Positions 39,136 through 48,381 of a stretch of DNA of 64,000 nucleotides are shown here, one piece after another (the stretch's first letter is position 1; every line of letters starts with the position of its first letter). Position numbers and translations under genes: made by a program. Under the pieces are notes generated by a model. That model was not told the origin of the DNA, did not search any database, and saw only the letters and a program-made list of their open reading frames with translations. The stretch lies in the IMG/VR virus record IMGVR_UViG_3300020576_001287, positions 16,489 through 80,488 of that record. One strand, written 5' to 3'. The DNA comes from a virus. Its lineage: Duplodnaviria; Caudoviricetes.

Positions 39136-40302
39136 ATGAACAGCACACAGTTAGATAAAGGCAATAAGATACAGAGCCATATCCAGTTTATTACATACAC
39201 TATAAAAAGCCTAGAGGCAGAAATAAGAGCGGGGGAAGGGGCAGTAACACTTACTGTAAGCTGTATTGTCCAGTTAAATAACTCTACGCTATCCGCAGCG
39301 GGACTACCTTCAGGTAGGCAAATTGTAGACGCTTATATAAACCAGTTGCAGATAGAACTGGGGGAATTAGAAAAGCAATTTGAAGCATTGTAGGCTATGC
39401 GGTGGAGACAAACTAAAGTTACTTTATTCACTGGGGTAGAAACACCTGTAAAGGTGGATACTCTGTTAGAGGTAGCTATAGATTGTAAAGACATAAGTGA
39501 CCAGGTACTACGCTCTGATTCCGTTAAAGAATTGAAAGCCGGTACTATGGTAACTGTTGAATCCATTACCGATGCCTGCTTAAAGGACAAAACAATACGA
39601 TGCTACCCAATAGGCAGCAGAATACTACACTACATCAAACCTGAATTTCTAACCATACCAAGTTAATGCAATGTCGCGCGGGGATAAAAAGAGAGAAATA
39701 TGAAAACGATAAGAGAATTTGTAAAAGAGAATACTAACGACCGTGATGAGCCTGTGAGTAAATTCATGGTTGAGCAATTGTTGTCTATCTACGGCAAAAT
39801 GGTAGTTATGGAGTGCGTAGATGCGGCAAGATTAGACCCTAATGACGACGGGTGCGGTGATGATTGTAGTTGCTGCGTAGATACCGATTCGATAATGAAC
39901 GTATCAAACCTAATTAAATAACGCAGTATGTTACATAAGAAACAAGCCGTACAATACGTGAATCAGCTAACCATGATCTCTATTGTGGCATTAAACATAA
40001 ATAAAGCCAAGTTGGAGTATAAGAAGTACTGTGGCTACGCTCGTAACTGTTACGATGAGCACCCTAACCCATACGCTACAGATGTTAATTACTGGTCTTT
40101 GAAGCTAAGGCTGCTTAAAATAGCCTACAAGATGTTGCAGCGTGGGGCTACTCATTTAAGCTTAAACCAGTTCGATAATTTCATTGTGGTACCATCTAAA
40201 AATGCCATGATATTACACGATGGTAAATTACGTGATACTGACACCATCATACTAGCTGTAGAAAAACATTTGAAACATAAACAAGCTGCTAAAAATGCGT
40301 GA
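39136..40302 (+). other. Four small hypothetical CDS: 39136-39393, 39397-39666, 39700-39921, 39928-40302
   Basis: Tightly packed co-oriented ORFs. Confidence 0.6.
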
Positions 40303-41749
40303 GTTATTCCCATTACCTCCAATACGAGAGCAGGTAGAACGCCTTAAACGTCCGGCAGGTGTACCCAATGTGGCAAGCTTTAATGCAAAGCAGCATGAGG
40401 TAATGGCAGGGCTACTTGCATGGTACAATAAACCTGGTGGGGGTATTGCCCTGTTAGAGGGCATGGCAGGTACTGGTAAGACACATATCAGCTCTAGGTT
40501 TGTGGAGCAGATACTACACATGAACTGGAATCATAAGATAGCCTATACCGCTACTACCAATAAGGCAGTTAAGGTATCCTACACTATGGCAGAGTTTTAC
40601 CACACCAACCTTGTATACTCTACTTTACATTCATTGCTTGCTCTGAAAGAATCCATACGCTATGATGGTAGCATAGACTTCATACCGGACAAATGGGTAC
40701 AGCCTGGTATAGTGGATTGTGCGTTAGTTATTGTAGAAGAATCCAGTATGTTACAGGATAAGCTATTTGGCTACCTGCAACCGTATATTGTAATGGGGTG
40801 TAAGGTACTGTTTGTGGGTGATGGGTGTCAGGCATTACCTGTTAAGAGCAATACACGAGCTATACCGTTTAACACCATCAAGCAGAGGCAGTATAACATA
40901 GAAGTGTTTACCCTGACAGAGATAGTCCGGCAAGCAGCCGGTAATCCCATTATCCAATTTACTACAGCTATCCGTAATGATCTGAATAGGTCTAGGTCTT
41001 TCAAGTCACTTTACAAGGAGGATATGGTTAATGAGGGGCATGGTGTTTACTTCATACGCAGGAACCGGCAAGAGGAGCGAGAGTACTTTGATGCTTTGCT
41101 CAGGCATGTATTTACCAGCCCTAACTTTGTAGAATCTGCTGATTTTGCCAAGGTGCTGGGGTATACCAATAATACTGTAAACTTTATCAATGCTGCGGTG
41201 CGTAGAATGATTTACGGTAAGCGTAAGCTACGCAGGGTAGAGCTGGGGGAGAAGCTTATAGCAGCAGAGCCTGTATTTGACTATGAGGGCAGGGTAATGA
41301 TCTCCAATAGTGAGGAGCTACAGGTAGTAGAGTTTGAAAAGAAGTATCAAAATATAAACGGGGGCCAGCACACGCTAACTTACTATGATACATTAGTTAC
41401 ATACTTTGACATGGTAGGTAAGCCCGTAGAGCAGCATATAAACATACTCAGTGACCTTGGGCAGATAGAAGCAGATAAGATACTACAACAAATGGCAGCA
41501 GTAGCTAAGATGCACACCCCAGGTTCTATACCTGCTACAAATGCTTGGAAAGAGTTTTACGCTTTCAAACGCAAGTTTGCCAGTATTAACTACTCCTACG
41601 CTATGACTTCTCACAAAGCACAGGGAAGCACTTACGATAACGCTATAGTGATGGAGTGTGATATATCCACCATACGCATGCCTAAAGAACGAAACCAATT
41701 ATTTTACACCGCAGCCAGCCGACCAAGGCACAGACTGTTTATACTTTAA
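40295..41749 (+). CDS. Dda / RecD-like SF1B helicase
   Basis: GMAGTGKT; IVEESSM; VGDGCQ; EIVRQ; AMTSHKAQGST; YTAASR. Confidence 0.92.
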   Translation: MRELFPLPPIREQVERLKRPAGVPNVASFNAKQHEVMAGLLAWYNKPGGGIALLEGMAGTGKTHISSRFVEQILHMNWNHKIAYTATTNKAVKVSYTMAEFYHTNLVYSTLHSLLALKESIRYDGSIDFIPDKWVQPGIVDCALVIVEESSMLQDKLFGYLQPYIVMGCKVLFVGDGCQALPVKSNTRAIPFNTIKQRQYNIEVFTLTEIVRQAAGNPIIQFTTAIRNDLNRSRSFKSLYKEDMVNEGHGVYFIRRNRQEEREYFDALLRHVFTSPNFVESADFAKVLGYTNNTVNFINAAVRRMIYGKRKLRRVELGEKLIAAEPVFDYEGRVMISNSEELQVVEFEKKYQNINGGQHTLTYYDTLVTYFDMVGKPVEQHINILSDLGQIEADKILQQMAAVAKMHTPGSIPATNAWKEFYAFKRKFASINYSYAMTSHKAQGSTYDNAIVMECDISTIRMPKERNQLFYTAASRPRHRLFIL

Positions 41750-41754
41750 AACTT

Positions 41755-42986
41755 ATGGGGTTAAGTACAACAACGCAAATTTTTATACTAGCCTGCGTAC
41801 TAGCAGTAGTAGTTAAAGTCCTAGAAAATTATTTTGACAACACATATGTAGATGAGGAGGTAGAGCGTTATACCAAGTTTACTGGCTGTAATGATGACGT
41901 AGAGTTATACACTGTGATCCGGTACAAGCGCACCTACAAGAACGGCACCATTACTTACATTTCTAAACGTGATTAAAGCTACTTTAACATGAGCAGAGTT
42001 AGAAACACCCCAGATAAGGTAATGAAACCATCTGACTACTCTTACGACTATGATCGCACTGCTTACATGCGTAAGTATTACAAGAAGCGTAGGGAAGAGT
42101 TAGCCAAGAGAGCAAAGGCCAGGTATCGTGCAATAGTGACCGCTAAATACAGCACACAATGAAATTAGCCCCACAGGAAAAGAAAGCTTTAAATATTATG
42201 CGGGACGGCAACAAGGCTATAATTATTAGCCGATTTAGCTGTAACGTATTAATAGCTGGTACAGACACAGAGTTTCCGGCAAATGTGCTAGAGGGCTTGA
42301 TAGATAAAGACCTAGCCAGCTACTCCCATATGACGGACATACATAACTGCTACCGGCTTACATAACTTGGTAAAACAGTAAAACTATAAGCATGATGATT
42401 ATAAACAACGCTTTTGAGTTTGGGGAAATAGTGTATCTGAAGACCGATAAAGACCAGTACCCACGTATAGTTACCGGCTTTACAGTTAATCCAAATGGCA
42501 TACTGTATAGGTTAGGGGTAATGCACATTGAGAGTACCCATTACGAGCTAGAGATAACCAAAGAAAAACAATACTACGTATGAGTAACGTACAGTTTACA
42601 GATAACTCCCTTATGCCTTTGGGCAAGTATAAAGGTAAGAAGCTAATAGAGGTTCCGGCATCTGTTTTCATATACCTGTGGGAACAGTCTTGGTTTGATC
42701 GTACCGGCCCACTGGGTAAGTACATAGAGTACAATATGGAAGTACTGAGGAAGCAAGCTAAAGAGCAACAAAACCTACGCAGATGAATACAGAACCATAC
42801 ACCCAAGAAGAGCAGGCTATCATGGCCCTGCTGATGAAAGCACACACGCTATTCGTACAATTACCACAGCAGAACAAAGTAGCGGTAGGGGATTGGGATT
42901 TAGCCTACCGTAATATGCAGCGTATACTAAACATGCGTGTACTACGTAGGGATTACCCAGGATACGAAATAACTATAGGGGAATAG
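41755..42986 (+). other. Cluster of small CDS: 41755-41976, 41989-42162, 42159-42365, 42392-42583, 42783-42986
   Basis: Coupled small ORFs. Confidence 0.55.
42580..42786 (+). CDS. DUF3820-like small protein
   Basis: MPLGKYKGKKLIEVPASVFIYL motif. Confidence 0.75.
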   Translation: MSNVQFTDNSLMPLGKYKGKKLIEVPASVFIYLWEQSWFDRTGPLGKYIEYNMEVLRKQAKEQQNLRR

Positions 42987-42995
42987 AAAAATACT

Positions 42996-43026
42996 GTTGT
43001 AGTGAAGAATTTTTATTCTACCTTTG
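42996..43026 (+). promoter_or_regulatory. Promoter GTTG-N19-TACCTTTG
   Basis: Consensus match. Confidence 0.7.
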
Positions 43027-43045
43027 ACTTATAAAACATACAGCA

Positions 43046-43363
43046 ATGACTACAGAAGCACTTGAACAGGCTAAAAAATTAGTTGAACAGGCTAAAAAAT
43101 TAGAGGCGGCTATAGCTAATTACACTAGGCACCTGGAAGAGGTATCAGGAGACACTACGGAGGCCATAGCTATAGAGGCTAGTTCAGGGGGTGCTAACCC
43201 TGCATCTATATCATTTGTAGTGGCTAATGAAGAGAGCACAGACCTGCATTTAGATTTATTTGCAGAGTTCAACATACCTACTCCTAAGATGGTAATTGAC
43301 CAATATATAGCGGCTGTGCAATCTAAGATTACACAACTTAAACAGGATTTTGAAGCCCTTTAA
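43046..43363 (+). CDS. Hypothetical coiled-coil protein
   Basis: ORF; C-terminus resembles that of 39136-39393 (QLKQDFEAL vs ELEKQFEAL). Confidence 0.6.
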   Translation: MTTEALEQAKKLVEQAKKLEAAIANYTRHLEEVSGDTTEAIAIEASSGGANPASISFVVANEESTDLHLDLFAEFNIPTPKMVIDQYIAAVQSKITQLKQDFEAL

Positions 43364-43372
43364 AGTTACTTT

Positions 43373-44086
43373 ATGTCAGACCAAGAATTACTACACTACC
43401 TTAAAGCCGACACGGATAAACCAATTAAGCATAGTTGGAAGTGTATAGGGTTAAACTCAAATGGTATCAAAGTGTATGAGTGTAGAAACTGTAACCTCAA
43501 AAAGGGTAATATGCAGGTACCACCCACTATGCGATTATTTACACGGTACATTAAACCAGACGGTACTACACAAGTTAGAGCCGGAAAATGTGAATCAAGT
43601 TTAAAACCAGATATAAATATGGAAAATCAACCAGTGCGTAAAGCACAAACGACAATCGGATGTATACCAATGCACGACAGGGTGTACATCAAAGAGGCAG
43701 AACATGAAACCCAAACCAAGGGGGGTATAATATTGCCGGACAACTTGGACAGAGAGCCTAAGACCTGGGGTACAATCGTAGCAATGGGGCCAGGGTACTC
43801 TGATAAACCCATGATAATAGAGCTAGGTGATGTAGTGCGCTACAGTAAACACGCTGGTACTGAAGATGAGATAGACGGTGTTAAGTACAAGGTAATCCGT
43901 GAATCTGACATATTCAGCATTAAGGTACCGGTACCAACCGCTGCCGAGACTACAAAATTTCCCGTAGTTGACACTACGCCTGTAAGAGGTAAGGTAGACA
44001 TTGGGGAGTTAGAGGATAAGGAATACGAAGAAACCCCACAACAGTATCAGGCACGTTTAGCCGCTAAAGCAACTGCTAAAAAATAA
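43373..44086 (+). CDS. groES: GroES-like co-chaperonin with N-terminal Cys-rich extension
   Basis: PMHDRVYIK...TKGGIILPD...GTIVAMGPG...GDVVRYSKHAGTE...IRESDI. Confidence 0.88.
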   Translation: MSDQELLHYLKADTDKPIKHSWKCIGLNSNGIKVYECRNCNLKKGNMQVPPTMRLFTRYIKPDGTTQVRAGKCESSLKPDINMENQPVRKAQTTIGCIPMHDRVYIKEAEHETQTKGGIILPDNLDREPKTWGTIVAMGPGYSDKPMIIELGDVVRYSKHAGTEDEIDGVKYKVIRESDIFSIKVPVPTAAETTKFPVVDTTPVRGKVDIGELEDKEYEETPQQYQARLAAKATAKK

Positions 44087-44091
44087 TCGCA

Positions 44092-44689
44092 ATGGAAACA
44101 CTACCAATCATAATTATAGTAGCACTTATCGCCTGTTTATTAGGGGTAGGTGCTACTGTAGTGTTTATACACTACACAAGTAAAATGGCTAAGTTGCAGG
44201 GGCTTACGAATGAGTTAACTGATAACCTAGGCAAAGTGCATCTACGGCTAACTGGCGTGGAAAAAGGTTTATACAACACCTCTAAAGCATTAGCTACAGA
44301 CACAGACAATAAGATAACTGCTGTAGACACCAAGATTAACGAGCTAGCTACCACCACTGTAGAAGCCCTTAACGCCATTCAGCAAACCTTAGAAACTAAA
44401 AACAATGGCTAAGAAACCTGAGTTGAAAGTATGGGTAACCACCAATATTGCTAATACTACAGGTATTATAGTAGCTGCCTACAGTAAGTATAGTGCTGTG
44501 CAAATTATACACTTTGGTACAGGTAAGAAAATTACAAAGAAAGAATTTGAATCCTTTTATAACTTTGTATCCCCTGACAATTTAACGAGAGTTAAGGTTA
44601 CTGAAAATATACTTTTAGATCGTCCGGCTATATACCTATACTCCCTAGGTAAGGTATGTTGTACTTGGTTAGGCACAAAAGAAGACTAA
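44092..44689 (+). other. Two hypothetical CDS: 44092-44412 (N-terminal TM) and 44405-44689
   Basis: Coupled ORFs. Confidence 0.55.
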
Positions 44690-45237
44690 TGGTTAGATGT
44701 ATATATTGTTCAAGGCCGATACAGAAAGCTCGTGATGGCTATTTTCATTGCGTTGATAAGGTAAGCTGTGATCGGGTAGCAGCTACTAAGTCCCTGCCCC
44801 CTAAGAAGGTAGTCATATTCTTTGATGCTGCTTGTCAGGGGGCTAACAAGGCTGAGGGGCAGCAGATGGGTATAGGGGTACACACTACCATAGATGGGGT
44901 AGATGCCCCTGAATATTCCGGCATAAAGGCTATAGGACATGGTACCGTAAACGATGGAGAGTGGACAGCTTGCACACATGCTTTTGATATTGCCCGTAGG
45001 GTGTACAGCGACAACAGCGGCAGGGTATTTATAACTATATTCAGCGACTCCCAAGTAGTTGTTAAAGGCTTTACTGGGATCAATAAAACAGGGGCCAAGT
45101 TCTTGCAGTACGAGAAATTTTGTAAAAGCATAGCACGTAAGCTGGGGGCTAAGTTTACGGGCTTATACTGGATAAGTCGTGATAGGAATACCAAAGCTGA
45201 CATATTAAGTAAGGAAGCATTAAAACTGATAAAATGA
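44689..45237 (+). CDS. RNase HI-like protein with N-terminal Cys4 finger
   Basis: FFDAACQG, NDGEWTA, FSDSQVVV, WISRDRNTKAD (DEDD tetrad). Confidence 0.88.
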   Translation: MVRCIYCSRPIQKARDGYFHCVDKVSCDRVAATKSLPPKKVVIFFDAACQGANKAEGQQMGIGVHTTIDGVDAPEYSGIKAIGHGTVNDGEWTACTHAFDIARRVYSDNSGRVFITIFSDSQVVVKGFTGINKTGAKFLQYEKFCKSIARKLGAKFTGLYWISRDRNTKADILSKEALKLIK

Positions 45238-45307
45238 TAACCGTAGCAATCATACTATACCTCATATACGGAGTACTCCCATTGTTAACAAACAAAACCA
45301 ATAAATA

Positions 45308-45655
45308 ATGTTCAAGATAGACACATGCGATTTAGATGCGCTAAAGCAAGATACTCCGGTTATGACAATAGGAGATCATATAAAAGGTACTATGTTTACT
45401 GCTATAGACATACAGGAGCATAACCTACAACGGTTAATGGCTGGGGTATCCATGTTTGTATTCAAGAAAGCTAAGGGGGAATTGCGCAAAGCAATAGGAA
45501 CACTTAACCCAGCTTTTATACCCAAGGAGCGTAGCACAGAGCCTGCAAAGAAGCAGCATAAGCCAGCTCCAAATACGCAGACTTTCTTTGATCTACAGGC
45601 TAATGAGTTCCGTAGCTACAACATGGATAACATCATTGCAATAATAGAATTTTAA
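45308..45655 (+). CDS. SH3-fold / WYL-like (DUF2693-like) protein
   Basis: FVFKKAKGELRKAIGTL...FFDLQANEFRSY. Confidence 0.7.
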   Translation: MFKIDTCDLDALKQDTPVMTIGDHIKGTMFTAIDIQEHNLQRLMAGVSMFVFKKAKGELRKAIGTLNPAFIPKERSTEPAKKQHKPAPNTQTFFDLQANEFRSYNMDNIIAIIEF

Positions 45656-45736
45656 AGTACGTGGTAAGGGGTAGTGAGTAAAGGCTACATAGACCGTTCA
45701 AATCGGCTGCCTCTTCGGAACTAAATAAAATTACCT

Positions 45737-45988
45737 ATGGCACTTAACGCACATGCTCCTGAAAACAGAATAATACAGCAGATAGTAGATGACTACTATG
45801 CTCGTGACCCTAGGGCTATTAATGGTATCATACAACCTAGCTACGGGCCTATGCCTAAGTATGTTATAGATACCTTAGAAGAAATGGGGTTTATTGTAGA
45901 TTACGAGGCTTTTAGTTCCGGCATTTACCAGTATCACGTAGTAACCCCAGAGGATGCTGAAATATACAGACAATCACACCTAAAGTAA
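45737..45988 (+). CDS. Hypothetical protein
   Basis: ORF with A-rich leader. Confidence 0.55.
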   Translation: MALNAHAPENRIIQQIVDDYYARDPRAINGIIQPSYGPMPKYVIDTLEEMGFIVDYEAFSSGIYQYHVVTPEDAEIYRQSHLK

Positions 45989-46010
45989 CTTTAAAAACCA
46001 ATATACAGTT

Positions 46011-47045
46011 ATGAAACAATACACAGTAATACTAGTGTTACCCGCATCCACTACTAAAGAAATAGCGTTAGCGGCATTAAAAGAATTACAAGCCTGTCCT
46101 TTAATAAAGGCTTGTCAAATATCCTGCGAAGGGTTAGAAGTTACTCCCACACCTGGGGTTACGTATGATTTTGTAATTAACGAAACAGCCAGTGGTACAG
46201 GTATAGACTTACCGGTAATACCCATTGAAATTATAAAATACATGCGCCCCGAAGTAACATCAGCAGCTATAGAGAATATTATAGCCGCATATAAGAAAAT
46301 AGGCAATGCAGAGGGGGCTATAGAGGTAGAAAAGGATTTTGCTGCGGCTGTAAATGAGTACCTAAATACGCAAGCAGAAGGTAACACTAAAGAAATGTTT
46401 GAGGGGCTTAAACAGGGTGTTAACCGTACTCCACAGGTAGGGGTTAACTTTTTCTCTTCTGTGTCTGAGGGTATTGGAGTAACACAAGGTAAAGAACAAT
46501 TGAATGATGTAAAGCTACACCCTGTAGTACTACAGAAAACGGATACCTGTTGGACTTATGCTTTAAAGCGTATAGGCTGTGTACCTGTTATACAGAACTC
46601 TAAAAATGTACTACCACATATTCATCTAGTACATAGGAGTAAGCAATATGGTAATGTTATAAAACCTAAAGACTTACTGCCAATTGACCACGAATTAATA
46701 GAGCAGCATTTTATTTTATGCAACATGCTACCAGATGGAATACCTGAAATTGCTACCATCTACGCAGTACTACAGCCAGGGGATTTAATAATGCTTTCCG
46801 GCAACGAGATACGATACATTCTACCCGACCGTATAAACGAAAACGGAGAGCTTGAATACACTTCCCAGATCATACGTAGGCACGTAGTTGTATACGAGGG
46901 TAACGGCATGGTATCACATGCTGTATTGGATCACTTAGATGCTATGTTTAAGTCCGTTACTGCCATGTGCATTAAGATAGAATCATTAGAGGCAGTACTA
47001 CAAGGCTCTGCCGGAAGAAAGGCATATTTACTACGTCTGAAGTAG
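46011..47045 (+). CDS. Hypothetical protein, possible C-terminal NlpC/P60-like papain fold
   Basis: TCWTYAL ... LQPGDLI ... HVVVYEGNGMVSHA. Confidence 0.45.
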   Translation: MKQYTVILVLPASTTKEIALAALKELQACPLIKACQISCEGLEVTPTPGVTYDFVINETASGTGIDLPVIPIEIIKYMRPEVTSAAIENIIAAYKKIGNAEGAIEVEKDFAAAVNEYLNTQAEGNTKEMFEGLKQGVNRTPQVGVNFFSSVSEGIGVTQGKEQLNDVKLHPVVLQKTDTCWTYALKRIGCVPVIQNSKNVLPHIHLVHRSKQYGNVIKPKDLLPIDHELIEQHFILCNMLPDGIPEIATIYAVLQPGDLIMLSGNEIRYILPDRINENGELEYTSQIIRRHVVVYEGNGMVSHAVLDHLDAMFKSVTAMCIKIESLEAVLQGSAGRKAYLLRLK

Positions 47046-47071
47046 TACAACTAGTTTAAGGTTTGAAATAT

Positions 47072-47104
47072 GGGCTGCTTGTTTCTACAGGCGGCTTTTT
47101 TTAT
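47072..47104 (+). terminator. Intrinsic terminator
   Basis: GGGCTGCTTG...CAGGCGGC plus long T-run. Confidence 0.65.
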
Positions 47105-47143
47105 TGCCTATACCCCAATAGATAAATACTATAATAAAATACT

Positions 47144-47174
47144 GTTGTTTATCAGAATTTTAATTTTACCTTTG
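47144..47174 (+). promoter_or_regulatory. Promoter GTTG-N19-TACCTTTG
   Basis: Consensus match. Confidence 0.75.
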
Positions 47175-47195
47175 GTTTTTAAACAACTATAAAAT

Positions 47196-48347
47196 ATGGC
47201 AAACGAAGACTACCAACAACCAGCTTTCCCTACATACGAGCATGATAATAATATTGATGGTACACCTTATTTAAGGTTAGCTAGCGAGGGTATGTTACTA
47301 CTTGACCACCTAGCGGCAATAGCGTTACCACAAATGATAATAAAGTTTTGGCCCCATAAAGAAAATGCCGCTCACCATGCTTATGAGTATGCCAGGGAAA
47401 TGATGGAAGCACGTAAAAAATACATAGAGCAATGAGAGTAAACCACATAACCATACACGAGAGACCTAGCAATAGTAACCAGGTAACCATACACATCTGC
47501 GAAAACGCATTTGAAGCTATTGGCAAACCTACTCACATAGTATTCAGTGAGACAAACCTACGCCTAAAGGTTCCTAGCATTATATCCAACGGTGAAAAAA
47601 GGTTGGCTACAGGTATGTATAAGCCACAGATAACCCCAATAATACACCATACTCCCATAGCTTCATTAGTAGGTAAGTGGGAGTATGAGGTAGACGATCT
47701 AAGCATTTATTTAACTAATAAAATATCGTAAGCATGAATCAGAGAATAGATGTGCAAACTTTGGAAGCATCGTTAGTAACCGTAGCAGAGCCTATACCAG
47801 CAGACGAGCAGTTATGTACTCCTGAACTGTATAAGCGTAAACATGCGGAGCTGAAGAAGATGCTAAATAGGTATGAGCTAACCACCAATAAGACGGTTAA
47901 AGCTGCTTTAGATACCAGGTTAAAAGAAAAGACAGCAGAGCTAACCCGTATGCGTAAATATTTGCAACGGGTATTAGGTACTAACTTTTTAAACAAATAG
48001 TTATGCGGACAAAAACACTAAGCAACTCTGCCCCAACAGTAGGGGTAGTTATGGATTTACGGGACAATTTTACCCCTACTTTTGAAACCCTTATTGAAAG
48101 CTTCAAAAGAGGGCAGGCAGCATACCATAAGTTTAAGGTAGATGCTAGGGTAGCAGCTATACAGGAAACGTCCTACATGACACCTGGGGGCACTATATAC
48201 GGCATACCTTGGACAGGTAAGATACTATGCCACCCTGACGATGTATACAGGGTTATATTTATGGCTGGTGTAGACGATATATCCATAGACGTAGCTGGGG
48301 CATACGCAAAGAACAGGCTTCACAAATTCATAGACAAACTAAAGTAA
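47196..48347 (+). other. Four small hypothetical CDS: 47196-47435, 47432-47731, 47734-48000, 48003-48347
   Basis: Coupled ORFs. Confidence 0.6.
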
Positions 48348-48381
48348 CTTTAATAACCAACATAAAAACAAATACAACAGT

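Noticed and set aside
45667-45714. Functional tRNA gene
   Set aside because: Too short, with no D or anticodon arm and no CCA; kept only as a tRNA-like finding.
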